From positions 179,578-243,577 of the forward strand of contig CAVYZN010000009.1 in NCBI GenBank assembly GCA_963773065.1: 64,000 bases of DNA. The letters run 5' to 3'. The notes below the pieces were generated by a model that saw only the letters and a program-made list of their open reading frames with translations, did no database searches and was not told where the DNA came from. The stretch is from an uncultured Gammaproteobacteria bacterium (lineage in GTDB: Bacteria > Pseudomonadota > Gammaproteobacteria > UBA9214). The position numbers were made by a program, and so were the translations under genes. Positions 30,804 through 41,789 of this stretch are shown piece by piece (within the stretch, counting starts at the first letter, position 1; each line of letters opens with the position of its first letter).

Positions 30804-32860
30804 GGGCCGAATTCTTTTGAAACCGTGAAGAGCAGGGTGCGCTCCGGCAGCGGGTAGGCATTGTACACACCGGGCGTGGTGGTGCTGCTGGCGCCGTAGT
30901 CATAGGCCTTTTCCGCAAACAGGTTGCCGACCTTCGCGGCAAACCGGTAGCTTTGGTACAGATGGCTCGCCTGCAGGTCCACGGTGGCATAAGAAGGTAT
31001 CTTCCTGCCGAAGTCATTGGCCTGGTCGTTGTCGAAATACTTGTCCCCGGTATAACTGATGGAGGCCGTGTAACGTGTCGCCGGTGACCATTTCCACGTC
31101 GCCGTCGCACTTGCCGTGTTGCGGGGCACCAGCGGTACCGTGTTGCCTTGATACGGGCCGTCACGGAATTCCGAGCGCATATAGCAGTAACTCGCCTGGA
31201 GCTCGAACGGCTCGCGCACCGCCAGACGAGTACTCAATTCGATCCCGTAGCGTTGCGTCGGGTCCAGGTTGATGTTGGAAAACGTCGCGGGATCGAAGTG
31301 GATCTCGTTCTTAAGGCGCAGGTAATAGGCGTTGGCCTGCCATGACAGACTGCCCTGGTCGTAGCGGGTGCCGATATCGACGCCGTTGCCGGTCTGCGGA
31401 TCGAGCGCCGAGAAAACCTGCAGGAAGGTCGTCGGGTCGACCTGGAACAGCTCATCCACCGTGGCGACACGGGCACTGCGCGTGGCCTTGATATAGACCG
31501 CCGTTTGCGGATTGAGCTGTTTTTCCACCCCGGCCTCCAGCATTTCGACCCGCTCGGTCTGGTCAAAATCCGGCGCCTCGCTGGCAAAACCGCCGCCGGG
31601 GGCGGTCGTATCCACCCGGTCGCTAGCCTCGACCCTGACCCACTGCAGGCGAGCACCCAGATTCACGCTGGTATCCTCGGTGGGCGACAGCGTGGTGTCG
31701 AGATACAGACCGCCGGATTTTTGTTCAATGCCGATGCGGTGTATCGGCTGGTTGCGGGTGTCCGGGTTGAGCGAACGGTCGGAGTCATAACGGCTGTCGT
31801 AGTAATCGATGCCGGTGGTGGTCCGGGCCCGGGCGGTGAACAGTTCATGGGGTATGACGAGACGCGGCGTGAAGGACCACGTTTTCAGCTCGGAGTCGAG
31901 ATAGTTCGCGAAAGCGCCGCCGAAGTCATAGTCGTCGAAGAACGCCTTCTGGTTCTTCTCGCGGTAGCCGGCATCGACGACGGCCTCCGCGCCGTTCTCC
32001 CACAAGTGGGTAAAACCCAGTGTGGTGTTATAGCCCCGCTGGTCCGCGTAATCATTCGGGGTATTGGTGCCCTTGCGGTCGTCACGGAGCTGATCCACGC
32101 CGGTGGTCGGATCCACGCGGCGTGTGCCGGGCAGTCCGAGGTCCTGGTCGTCCCAGTAGAATCTCAGGTAGGCCTCGCCGTCCTCGCGCGCATAACGGAG
32201 GTCCGATTGCAGATTGCGCTGGTCGAGATTGTTGTTGTCGCGATAGCCGTCACTGCTGATGCCGTGGGCATCGAGCAAGACCGCCACCGGGCCTGCGTTG
32301 TGATTGAGATGTGCATCCAGTTGCCGGGTATCCAGGTTGCCGCCGCCGGCCTCGATGGAGGCGGAACTGCCGCTCGTGTCCGGCTGCCGGGTGATGATGT
32401 TGATGGTCCCGCCCACGGCGCCATCGCCATAGAGCACGGACCCGCCGTTGCGCAGGATCTCGATGCGTTCGATGCTCTTTAGCGGGATGGCGCCGTAATC
32501 AACCGCGGAAAGGTCGATGTCATTGAGGCGCCGGCCATCGAGCAGTATCAGCGTGTTCTGGGTGGACGCCGCGCCGAAGCCGCGGATGTCGATGGTCGCG
32601 CGGGCGGCGTTGTTGCCGTAGAGGCTGCGGGTGAGGATGCCGGCTTCCCTCCCCAGCAGTTCGGGGAGCGTCCGAGCCGTGCTGTTCTCGATGTCCGCGG
32701 CGCTGATGACCGTGACATGTCCGAGCGCCTTGCTGTCTTCGCTGTCCAGGCGCGTGGCCGTCACCAGGATGTTTTCGGACTGTGCGGTAATGGGTGTCTG
32801 GCCGCATACCGGCATGACGGCCAGCAGGATCGGCATTAGGACAGCGTGGCGGGGTTTCAT
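30800..32860 (-). CDS. TonB-dependent outer-membrane receptor, probably for cobalamin (BtuB-like)
   Basis: Signal peptide, ILVTATR TonB box, IERIEILR..GSVLYG plug; downstream of a cobalamin riboswitch. Confidence 0.88.
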   Translation of the reverse strand: MKPRHAVLMPILLAVMPVCGQTPITAQSENILVTATRLDSEDSKALGHVTVISAADIENSTARTLPELLGREAGILTRSLYGNNAARATIDIRGFGAASTQNTLILLDGRRLNDIDLSAVDYGAIPLKSIERIEILRNGGSVLYGDGAVGGTINIITRQPDTSGSSASIEAGGGNLDTRQLDAHLNHNAGPVAVLLDAHGISSDGYRDNNNLDQRNLQSDLRYAREDGEAYLRFYWDDQDLGLPGTRRVDPTTGVDQLRDDRKGTNTPNDYADQRGYNTTLGFTHLWENGAEAVVDAGYREKNQKAFFDDYDFGGAFANYLDSELKTWSFTPRLVIPHELFTARARTTTGIDYYDSRYDSDRSLNPDTRNQPIHRIGIEQKSGGLYLDTTLSPTEDTSVNLGARLQWVRVEASDRVDTTAPGGGFASEAPDFDQTERVEMLEAGVEKQLNPQTAVYIKATRSARVATVDELFQVDPTTFLQVFSALDPQTGNGVDIGTRYDQGSLSWQANAYYLRLKNEIHFDPATFSNINLDPTQRYGIELSTRLAVREPFELQASYCYMRSEFRDGPYQGNTVPLVPRNTASATATWKWSPATRYTASISYTGDKYFDNDQANDFGRKIPSYATVDLQASHLYQSYRFAAKVGNLFAEKAYDYGASSTTTPGVYNAYPLPERTLLFTVSKEFGP

Positions 32861-32974
32861 TCCATTCTCCCGGTACGCGACACACACCCGTGCCGCCGGC
32901 TTGTGTTGCAAAGGGAGAATGACAGTGAGCAAGGGGTCGCGCTGTCAGTATTGCCCTCCGCAATACACCTGCAA

Positions 32975-33172
32975 GGCATCAGGCCGGTCTCCGGGCTTGC
33001 GAGCGGGTCGATAAACCCGGGTGAATCACCTTCCCGCGCCGTGCGCAGTGGTGTGTTGATTCACCTTGTCTCGCTTACCGTTGCGGGGGCAGCGCCGGCT
33101 TAGTCAGAACTGGCTGACGCACCGGCTTCCCGTTTCATCCCTCGGACGAATGTCCTCGGGACACCTGAAGCT
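32975..33172 (-). ncRNA. Cobalamin (B12) riboswitch
   Basis: Minus strand reads caggtg...aaacgggaagccggtg...gccggcgctgcccccgcaacggtaa...cactg...gggaagg...aagcccggagaccggcctga, including the B12 box. Confidence 0.93.
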
Positions 33173-33292
33173 AAGTGGCAGTGACTTTAATGTCAGTCCT
33201 GCGGGGTGTCAAGGCGGAAGCGGTTCCGGTCATTCGCCGCACCCGCGCGGCCCTTCAACAAATATACGCACGACTATCCCCCAGGCTAATGT

Positions 33293-34060
33293 CTAGCGTG
33301 GCAGCCAGACGGTGCCGCGGGGGCTTTGAAGGGCCTGCAGCGGGTGACCGTACAGGCGTTCCAGGTTCGACTGTGTCAGCACCCGTGCGGCTGTGCCCTG
33401 CAAGGTTACCCCTGCGCCGAACAGCAGCAGGAAATGATCGCAGTAGCGCGATGCAAGGTTGGGGTCATGCAGGACGAGGAGCATTGACTTCTGCCCGGCC
33501 TGTGCCCGCTGCCGCAGCAGATCCAGGATGTGAATCTGGTGATGGACATCCATATGGTTGGTCGGTTCATCCAGCAGGAGCAGTTCCGGGTCCTGTGCCA
33601 GGAGCGTGGCGATGCCCAGTCGTCGCCGTTCACCCCCGGAGAGTGTGGCCACGCTGCGGGTCTCCATGCGCTCCAGACCCACGGCGCGCAGGGCGTCTCG
33701 GGCCGCGGCAAAGTCCGGTGCGCCTTCCCATTGCAAGGGACCGAGATAGGGGTGGCGGCCGATCAGCACGGTTTCCATGACGCTGGCCGGGAACGCATCC
33801 TGATGCTCCTGCGGCAGCACGCCGATATGCCGGGCAATCCGGCGCCGGGTGAGGTTGTCCAGTGGGTTTCCCTCCAGCTTCACCGTGCCCGTCTCGGGAC
33901 GGCGCAAGCCCGCCAGCGTGTGCAGCAGGGTGGTCTTGCCGGCGCCGTTGCGCCCGAGTATGCCCCAGTTCTCCCCGGCGTCGATGCGCAGATCGAGGTC
34001 GAGGCAGACCTCGACCCCGGCGATGCGGATACCCAGTTGTTCTGTCTCAAGGCGGAGCAT
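33293..34060 (-). CDS. Cobalamin/iron-chelate ABC transporter ATP-binding protein (BtuD-like)
   Basis: GRNGAGKTT, LSGGE, LLLDEPTNH, VLHD. Confidence 0.9.
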   Translation of the reverse strand: MLRLETEQLGIRIAGVEVCLDLDLRIDAGENWGILGRNGAGKTTLLHTLAGLRRPETGTVKLEGNPLDNLTRRRIARHIGVLPQEHQDAFPASVMETVLIGRHPYLGPLQWEGAPDFAAARDALRAVGLERMETRSVATLSGGERRRLGIATLLAQDPELLLLDEPTNHMDVHHQIHILDLLRQRAQAGQKSMLLVLHDPNLASRYCDHFLLLFGAGVTLQGTAARVLTQSNLERLYGHPLQALQSPRGTVWLPR

Positions 34061-34066
34061 GCGGGC

Positions 34067-35053
34067 TCAACCGTCCCTGCCGTAGCGTTCACGGCTGTGA
34101 TAGAGCAGGTAAAGAAAGACCGGTACTCCGATCAGCGCCGTCAGTGTGCCCACGGGTAACTGGCGCGGGGCGAGGAGGGTGCGAGCCAGGGTATCGGCGA
34201 TGACCAGCAGGCAGCCTCCCAGCAGCGCCGCCGCGGGCAACAGCACCCGGTGATCCCGCACGCCCTGCAAACGCAGCATATGCGGGACAATCAGGCCGAC
34301 GAAACCGATGCTGCCCCCCATGGTGACGGCCGCCGCGGTGAGCAGCGATGCCATTACATAGATCAGGCGCCTCAGTGGCTGGATCGTGACGCCCAGTGTG
34401 GCGGCCACCACCTCACCATGCGCCAGCAGATTGAGCGAACGGCCGCTCGCAACCGCCACCAGCAGACCGGCCAGCAGAACGGCAAAACCTTCCACCGGGG
34501 TTGTGGCATAGGACAGGTCACCCATCAGCCAGAACAGCATGCCGCGCAGGTCCCGCTCGGGACTGAGCGCGAGCAGAAAGCCGATGGCGGCGCCCCAGCC
34601 GGCGGCGACGACAACCCCGGTCAGGAGCAGCCGGCTGATGGACCAACCGCCATGTCCATGCGACAGCCCGAAGACGAGCAGCATGGACAGGAGGGCGCCG
34701 GTGAACGCGGCGCCCTGCAGCCAGATGCCGCCGATTCCCAGCAGCAGCGTCAGCAGCGCCGCCACCGCCGCGCCGCCCGAAATGCCAAGCACATAGGGGT
34801 CCGCCAGGGGGTTGCGCAGCAGCACCTGCATCAACCCGCCGGCCAGAGCCAGTAAGGCGCCGGTGACATAGGCCGCGGCGGTGCGCGGCCAACGCAGGTC
34901 GAGGATCACCCGGGTGGCAAACCCCTCTCCATTGCCGTGAATGGCGGAAAGCAGTTCCGCCCACCCGATATCCATGCTGCCGTTTGCCATACTGAACAGG
35001 ACGCTGATACCGCTTAATAGCAGAAGTGACGTAAACAGCACGGGTGGGCGCAT
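34067..35053 (-). CDS. FecCD/BtuC family ABC permease
   Basis: LRWPR, RNPLADPYVLGISGGA, GSIGFVGLIVPH. Confidence 0.92.
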   Translation of the reverse strand: MRPPVLFTSLLLLSGISVLFSMANGSMDIGWAELLSAIHGNGEGFATRVILDLRWPRTAAAYVTGALLALAGGLMQVLLRNPLADPYVLGISGGAAVAALLTLLLGIGGIWLQGAAFTGALLSMLLVFGLSHGHGGWSISRLLLTGVVVAAGWGAAIGFLLALSPERDLRGMLFWLMGDLSYATTPVEGFAVLLAGLLVAVASGRSLNLLAHGEVVAATLGVTIQPLRRLIYVMASLLTAAAVTMGGSIGFVGLIVPHMLRLQGVRDHRVLLPAAALLGGCLLVIADTLARTLLAPRQLPVGTLTALIGVPVFLYLLYHSRERYGRDG

Positions 35054-35097
35054 GGAGACGGGTCGGATATCAAACGCCTAAAAGTGGTCCGCTGGCG

Positions 35098-35273
35098 TTA
35101 CTAAGACCATCACAAGTCATGCCACGCGCTCCGCTGCGGTGAGGGGCGTCGAAACATGTCGTGAATACGTCCCTGTAGGCCCGTGTGCCACCGACCTGGC
35201 GGTATACGGTCCTGGCAAGACCATCCCGGAGCATGCTCCTGCAAAGTGGCTCTACTAACGAAGGTTTTAGTAA
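35098..35273. repeat. MITE/REP-like intergenic element
   Basis: Inverted ends ttactaagacc / ggttttagtaa (10 of 11 match); shares acgtccctgta and gcatgctcctgca sub-motifs with the insertions at 5745-5830 and 8155-8203. Confidence 0.5.
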
Positions 35274-35315
35274 TAATCGCATGCGCGAGAACCGGATGAT
35301 CGTTGCGGCAGCAGA

Positions 35316-35973
35316 CTAGCCTCTCAGGCTGATGACGGGCCAACCCTGTTTTCCGGCATGCCGGCGCAGGATCTCATCGGGATCGACGGCCACCGGATGG
35401 GTCACTTCTTTCAGCAGCGCCAAGTCGTTGTGGGAATCGCTGTAGAACCAGCTGTGCTCGAGTGTTTGGCGGTTTCTCTCCAGCCAGCCCGCCAGCCTTT
35501 GAACCTTGCCCTCCTGAAAACAGGGAATATCGGTGATGCCGCCCGTATAACGGCCATCGACCACTTCAGGTTCCGTGGCCAGCAAGCTGGTCAACTCCGT
35601 AGAGTCCGGCAATCGGGCCGGTGATGAAGCGATTGGTAGCCGTGATGATCACGGGCAGATCACCCTTGCGGCGGTGCTCCTCAATCAGTGCCCGCGCCTT
35701 TGGCAGCAGTATCGGCATGATTTTCTCTTCGATATACCGATCGCGCCAATGCTTGAGCGTGTCCATGTCATGTTCGGCCAGGGGTCGTAGCTGGAAGCGC
35801 AGGAATTCATGGATGTCCAGTTCGCCCACCTGGTACTGGTCGTAAAAGCGCTGGTTTTCCTGCTCGTAGTACTCCCGGTCGACGACGCCCTGTTCGGCGA
35901 GAAAACAGCCCCACAAGTAGTCGCTGTCACCGCCAAGCAGGGTGTTGTCCAGGTCAAACAGCGCAATACTCAC
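35316..35973 (-). CDS. HAD-IB family hydrolase, frameshifted near 35587
   Basis: FDLDNTL motif I in one frame, LLATEPE...FYSDSHND in another; divergent from rppH as in other Gammaproteobacteria. Confidence 0.85.
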
Positions 35974-36128
35974 CGGCGTTCCCCTTCGTGCAAAAAACGT
36001 CGCCAAGCATAGGGCGTGGAAGAGGAAAGGTAAAACAGCCATGCCTTGTGGCGGAACCCGGCAATTGCTCAGGATGTGCGGCTATGGGAGAATAAGGCAT
36101 ACGAAAATCCGCAGGATGGATTTATCAA

Positions 36129-36644
36129 GTGATTGATTTTGATGGATTCAGGCCGAATGTCGGCATCATACTGTCCAATCGCGAAGGCCGTGTGTTATGG
36201 GCGCGCCGCGTCGGTCAGGATGCCTGGCAGTTCCCGCAGGGCGGCATCCACACGGACGAAACGCCATGTGAGGCCATGTACCGGGAGCTGGCCGAGGAAG
36301 TGGGTCTGCTGCCTGAGCATGTCGAGCTGATGGGGGCGACGCGCGGCTGGTTGCGTTACCGCCTGCCACGCCAGTATATTCGCCGCACCTGTCGTCCTGT
36401 ATGCATAGGCCAGAAACAGGTCTGGTTCATGTTGCGTCTGCTGGGTGATGACGCCGTGGTCTGCCTGCATACTTCCGATAAGCCAGAATTCGATCTCTGG
36501 TGCTGGGTTGACTACTGGCATCCGCTGAACGAGGTTGTGGCCTTCAAGCGTAATGTCTATAAAAAAGCGCTGAAAGAACTCGCGCCGTTACTGTTTCCTG
36601 AAGGGGTTCCCGGCTTACCCGGTAATAACTGGTTGTCAAAGTAG
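36129..36644 (+). CDS. rppH: RNA pyrophosphohydrolase
   Basis: [25 protein letters not shown] Nudix box; upstream of ptsP. Confidence 0.96.
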   Translation: MIDFDGFRPNVGIILSNREGRVLWARRVGQDAWQFPQGGIHTDETPCEAMYRELAEEVGLLPEHVELMGATRGWLRYRLPRQYIRRTCRPVCIGQKQVWFMLRLLGDDAVVCLHTSDKPEFDLWCWVDYWHPLNEVVAFKRNVYKKALKELAPLLFPEGVPGLPGNNWLSK

Positions 36645-36723
36645 CACGCATGAGGCATAAGGTCTTCCTGGCTGTCGAAGACACGGTTGCTGGCGACTAA
36701 TCCCTTTTAACGGAGCGCTGCTT

Positions 36724-38991
36724 ATGCTGGATATCCTCCGGCGCATCATCCAGGAAGTCAATGCGGCTCCCGACCTGCAGAAGGCGCTCGATATCATTGT
36801 CCAGCGCGTCCGCGTGAACGTGGGCGTGGATGTCGCCTCGGTCTACTTGCTTGATGTCGAGCATGACCAGTATGTCTTGATGGCCACCGAGGGATTCCGC
36901 AAGGATGCCATTGGCAAGGTGCGCATCGACAAGGGCAAGGGTCTTATCAGCATGGTGGCTGACCGCGAGGAGCCGGTTAACCTGGAGGACGCCCCCAGCC
37001 ATCCCCAGTATCTTTTCATCGTTGAGACGGGCGAGAAGCCCTACCATGGTTTTCTCGGGGTGCCCATCATCCAGCATCGCAAGGTGCTCGGGGTCCTGGT
37101 GGTCCGCCAGCGGGAATACCGCAAATTCGGTGAAGAGGAGGAGGCCTTCCTGGTCACCCTGGCGGCACAGCTTGCTGGTGCCATCACCCATGCGGGCGCC
37201 AGCGGTGAAATTTCCAGACTGCTGGACACCAGGGACGAGGTTTCGATCACGCTGCGGGGTCTGCCGGGGGCGCCGGGCATGGCGATCGGTCAGGCCATGG
37301 TGGTGTACCCGCCGGAGAATCTCGATGCCATCCCGGATCGCAAGCCCGTGGACATTGAGGTCGAGGTCGAGAGTTTTTATAAAGCCGCGGCCGCCGTGCA
37401 GGATGATCTGCGGGATTATTCCAACCGAATGTCCGGATCGCTGCCGGCGGAAGATCTGGCGTTGTTTGATGCCCTGCTGCTCATGCTGGACAGTGACAGT
37501 CTGGTTGCCAAGACCGTGGAACGCATTCGTGGCGGTAACTGGGCGCCGGGTGCTTTGCGCCAGACGATCGCGGAGCACGTGCAGGTGTTTGAAACCATGG
37601 AGGATGCCTACCTGCGCGAGCGCGCCAGCGATATCCGGGACCTGGGGCGCAGGATAGTGACCCATATCCAGAGCGACCGGCCGGCGCCCCGGCCGGTCTA
37701 TACCTCCACGGTGCTGGTTGGCAAGGAGATCAGTGTCGGACAACTGGCCGAGATACCGGTAGAACATCTCGCAGGCATCGTCTCTACCAGTGGCTCCAGT
37801 TCTTCGCACGTTGCCATCCTGGCGCAGGCCCTCGGTATTCCCGCCGTGATGGGTGTCGAGGATCTGCCAGTGGCCCGTCTGGAGGGGCAGACACTGATCG
37901 CGGATGGTTATCGTGGCGAAGTGTTCGTCCGTCCGTCAGAAGTGCTTCGCGGTGAATTTCTGCGTTTGCAGGCCGAGGAATCCGCGCTGATACGGGGCCT
38001 GAACGAAATGGCCGACCAACCGTCCGTTACGCCGGACGGCGTATCCGTGCCGCTCTATCTGAATACCGGTCTGGTGTTTTCGGATATCGAGTCGTCCATG
38101 CACAGTGAATGTGACGGCGTCGGCCTGTACCGTACCGAGATTCCATTTCTGATGCGTACGCAGTTTCCCGGCGAAGAGGAGCAGATGCGGATCTACCGCA
38201 AGGCGCTGGAAGCCTTTGCTCCGCGACCGGTGACGCTGCGCACGCTCGATGTCGGCGGTGACAAGATGCTGCCTTACTTCCCGGTCAAGGAAGATAACCC
38301 GTTCCTCGGCTGGCGCGGAATTCGCATTTCACTCGATCACCCGGAGATATTTCTGACCCAATTGCGCGCCATGCTGCGTGCCAGCGTCGGCCTGGACAAT
38401 CTCACTATCTTGTTGCCCATGGTGTCGACGGTTACCGAAGTCGATATCGCGCTGACGTTCATTTCACAGGCGATGGGTGAACTGATCGAGGAAGGCGAGG
38501 AGGTGCATCGCCCGCCCGTTGGCGTCATGATCGAGGTGCCGTCGGCGGTCTACCAGGTGGCGGCCATGGCACGGCGCGTGGATTTCTTCTCCATTGGCAC
38601 TAATGACCTTACTCAGTACCTGCTGGCGGTGGATCGTAACAATACCCGCGTTGCCAGGCTCTATCAGTCATTGCACCCGGCAGTACTGGGCGCAATCAAA
38701 CAGGTAGTGGATGCGGCGCACCTGCTGGGCAAGCCGGTCAGTGTGTGTGGTGAGATGGCCGGTGATCCGGCGGCCGCGCTTGCCCTGTTGGGTCTGGGTG
38801 TTGACAGCCTGAGCATGTCGGTCAGCAGTCTGCCGCGCATTAAATGGGTGGTCCGGAGCTTCACCCGTGCCGAGGCGCAGGACCTGCTCGCCCAAGCCTG
38901 GGCGATGGAGGACCCGCGTGAGATCAGGACACTTTACAACAGCGTGCTTGAACAGGGTGGGTTGGGGGGACTGGTGCGTCCTGGTAATTAA
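36724..38991 (+). CDS. ptsP: Phosphoenolpyruvate-protein phosphotransferase EI(Ntr)
   Basis: N-terminal GAF, SHVAILA, GLYRTE, SIGTNDLTQY, CGEMAG. Confidence 0.96.
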   Translation: MLDILRRIIQEVNAAPDLQKALDIIVQRVRVNVGVDVASVYLLDVEHDQYVLMATEGFRKDAIGKVRIDKGKGLISMVADREEPVNLEDAPSHPQYLFIVETGEKPYHGFLGVPIIQHRKVLGVLVVRQREYRKFGEEEEAFLVTLAAQLAGAITHAGASGEISRLLDTRDEVSITLRGLPGAPGMAIGQAMVVYPPENLDAIPDRKPVDIEVEVESFYKAAAAVQDDLRDYSNRMSGSLPAEDLALFDALLLMLDSDSLVAKTVERIRGGNWAPGALRQTIAEHVQVFETMEDAYLRERASDIRDLGRRIVTHIQSDRPAPRPVYTSTVLVGKEISVGQLAEIPVEHLAGIVSTSGSSSSHVAILAQALGIPAVMGVEDLPVARLEGQTLIADGYRGEVFVRPSEVLRGEFLRLQAEESALIRGLNEMADQPSVTPDGVSVPLYLNTGLVFSDIESSMHSECDGVGLYRTEIPFLMRTQFPGEEEQMRIYRKALEAFAPRPVTLRTLDVGGDKMLPYFPVKEDNPFLGWRGIRISLDHPEIFLTQLRAMLRASVGLDNLTILLPMVSTVTEVDIALTFISQAMGELIEEGEEVHRPPVGVMIEVPSAVYQVAAMARRVDFFSIGTNDLTQYLLAVDRNNTRVARLYQSLHPAVLGAIKQVVDAAHLLGKPVSVCGEMAGDPAAALALLGLGVDSLSMSVSSLPRIKWVVRSFTRAEAQDLLAQAWAMEDPREIRTLYNSVLEQGGLGGLVRPGN

Positions 38992-39042
38992 CCCGCAATT
39001 CTTACCGGACGGCCGTAAGACTACCTATCCAACACCAGTGTA

Positions 39043-39849
39043 TCAAGCGCCTGTATGCTGTTGCTTGTTTCTTCGGTGCTCCATTGCATTGACCTGGTGC
39101 TTGCCCCAGAGCCAGACGCCGCTGCTCGCCAGCAACAGGAACAACAGGGCCGCCGCATCCACGAAATAAACGCCCTTACTGCCGAGGATACGTCCGCTAT
39201 GAATGTCGAGCAGAACCCGTTCCAGAGACAGCCCCGTCCCGCGATAGGCCTGTTGCAATGCCGCCCGCAGTTCCGGGGAAGGGGCTGCGGGTACTGCCCA
39301 AGTGATCGTCGCTTCGTCCGATGTTTCATGCCATTTCAGAACGTCTCTGTCTGTCTGGTAGATACCCAGTGGGGTTTTCAGGACGAGATCGCCGGCGGCG
39401 TTGCGTCCCAAAGCCTGCATGCCGGCTGGGACGCCAGCCGCGCTGTCCAGCCGTTCGATCAGTTCGCCGTTGGGGGTGAACAGGATAAGTTGCCCCTCGA
39501 TGCCAATAATAACCTGGCCGTGAGCTTCAACAATGCCCAGAAGTGGTGACGACGCTTGTGGTATGGGCGTTGTGTTCCAGTAGATTTGCGTGCCCACTTC
39601 CGTAATGGTGCTGGATCCGGCCGTATAGGTTGGCATCGCTTCCGGCGCCTTGACTCCATACCAGTCCAGCAGGATGGCGGACTGTACGTGGCGTGAGTCC
39701 AGGGCAAGATCTTCCGTGTGATTGAGCAGCAGGCCGGTGAGTGTGAGCAGGATGACGAACAGCGCCGAGGTAAGGCCAATATTGCGGTGCCAGATAAACA
39801 GCGACCGCAGCAGTTTGGCGCGCGCCGGTTTTCTTTTATGGCGAGTCAT
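39043..39849 (-). CDS. PepSY-associated TM helix protein
   Basis: IWHRNIG...TGLLLNH and LDIHSGR histidine motifs in the TM segments. Confidence 0.8.
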   Translation of the reverse strand: MTRHKRKPARAKLLRSLFIWHRNIGLTSALFVILLTLTGLLLNHTEDLALDSRHVQSAILLDWYGVKAPEAMPTYTAGSSTITEVGTQIYWNTTPIPQASSPLLGIVEAHGQVIIGIEGQLILFTPNGELIERLDSAAGVPAGMQALGRNAAGDLVLKTPLGIYQTDRDVLKWHETSDEATITWAVPAAPSPELRAALQQAYRGTGLSLERVLLDIHSGRILGSKGVYFVDAAALLFLLLASSGVWLWGKHQVNAMEHRRNKQQHTGA

Positions 39850-40400
39850 TGGCCATGGGTGTTTGGTTATTCAGGAACAGTGCCAGGCGGGCCAGTTTTT
39901 TCAGCGCCCGTACTGACAGCGTGGCGCCCGAAATGCCGTCAATCGATTTATCCAGTTCATTCTCCACCGTCAGTCTGGTGCCTTTGAACTGATCGGTAAA
40001 GAACGGATAGCGCACTTCCCAGCCACGGCTTTCACGAAAGGCCAGTACCTTGACTGTTTCCATGCGACCATTCTCGACTACAAGGCCCACCGTGATCGGG
40101 CGCTCCTTGCCGATCTCTTCCAGTATCCATGCCGTGCGATGCCTTACACCCCAGTAGCGTACTCGCAGAGCATCCGGGGCGTGTCCCAATATCTCCGTGA
40201 TCGGCGCACGCAGCTCCCGGGTTATCCAGAGCACTTCGGGTGCTGGCGGTTTCCCGTCAAAAACCTCACTGATGAATGCCTCGGGTTCCTGATCGACCTC
40301 TTCCGCCAATGCGCTTGCCGCGGGGGCAAGCAACAGGCTAAGCGCAAAGAGCGCGAAGAAGATAATATACCGTGAACGGGTGCGGGGCACAGCATCCTGT
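39836..40400 (-). CDS. Exported FMN-binding domain protein
   Basis: Signal-like hydrophobic stretch, FRESRGWEV, IDGISGATLS flavinylation motif; start codon uncertain. Confidence 0.8.
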
Positions 40401-40445
40401 GCCCCGCAGGATCGGCGACGCTGACGACCGGATGGATGCCCGGTA

Positions 40446-41724
40446 TCAAAACTGGTAGCCGATGCCGAGATTAAAGCCATTATCATTCTCTGCGCTGTCG
40501 TTATCCTGGGCCTGGACGTCGAATTTGAATACGACATCCGGTATCGGCCAGTAGTTGAGCCCCGAATTAATCTGCTTCATCACGCTATCGTCGGATGAAC
40601 CGGCATTGTTGTCCCAGACATTGTAGCGGACAAACAAGCCCCACTCGCCGGGGATTTCACCCAGCCGGGTCTTGTAGGACGGTTCGACATACCAGCCCTC
40701 CTGCTCGTCACGGCCGATCGCGTCAGGATCGGACGCATCGATGACATTGTGCTTGTCGAGGTCCCAGCGGGCGTAGAGGGCGCGGAATCCGAAGGGCCCC
40801 TGCTGGATGTCACCATGCGCTTCCAACAGCGTCGCGCCTACGCCGAGTGCACTCTGGGTGATATCTTTCTGCCATTGGCCGGTCAGTCCCAGTTCTACTC
40901 CCGGCAGGCCGGTCCATTTGAGGCGGCCGGTAACGGCGCCGTCGTTGGCCTTGGCTTCGGAAACCTCCTGGCGTCCTTCGCGGATCAGGAAGGCATCGCT
41001 GCCCGTAGTTTCTACGTCAAGCCCCGAGGTGCCTGCCAGACTGTAACTGAAACCTCTTCCCAGCTCGCCGTTAAAATCGGCGCCGGCTTCCCGCCAGGTG
41101 GTGGGAATGATATCGGTTTCGACGGGGTTGCGCTCCACCCCATAGAAGGTGGGGGGTTCGTGCGTCTCATTCAGGATGCCGACGGGCACGAGGAAGACAC
41201 CGGTCTTGGCCGTGTGTCGATTGTTCAGATCGAATTCCAGGTATGCCTGCTCGAGTTCGACCTCGCCGTTCGTATCGGAGGCCACGACCGCATGTTCGAT
41301 CTCGACTTCAGAGAACAGGCGGATGCTGTCGGTGAATTCATGCTCCAGGCTCAGAACAAAACGGCTGAAGTCGACTTCTTTTTTACTGTCAAGGTTGTTG
41401 TAATGCAATTCACCATAGCCGCCGAGTTTCGTCTTGTCGGCCCAACTGCCAGCGCCCGTGGTCTTAGCCGACGGATTCCTCGACGGCGACCACGGCAGCC
41501 TCGGCTTTTTTATCGGCGGTCACCGCTTTTTCACCCGCTGCCTCGACCCTTTGGTCCGTGCTTTGCTGTTGGCGTTTGAGGGCCTCAATCTCGGCTTGCT
41601 GGCTCTGAATAATTTTCCAGAGTTCTTCAACGCTGGGGGTTCTGGGTTCCGCGACGGCTGTGAGCGTAGTTACCACTAGCACAAGCGAGGTGAGAGAATA
41701 CAGGAACAGAAAGGGATGTTTCAT
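40446..41724 (-). CDS. Outer-membrane porin with N-terminal coiled coil, frameshifted near 41467
   Basis: Signal peptide and coiled coil (ORF 41464-41754) continue in another frame as SWADKTKLGGYGELHYNN...SEVEIEH...GIGYQF (terminal Phe). Confidence 0.8.
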
Positions 41725-41789
41725 GAAACTGGTACTCCTTGGTGATGGTGACAATCAGAAACGCCATCAGTGTATTCATTTTTAACACA

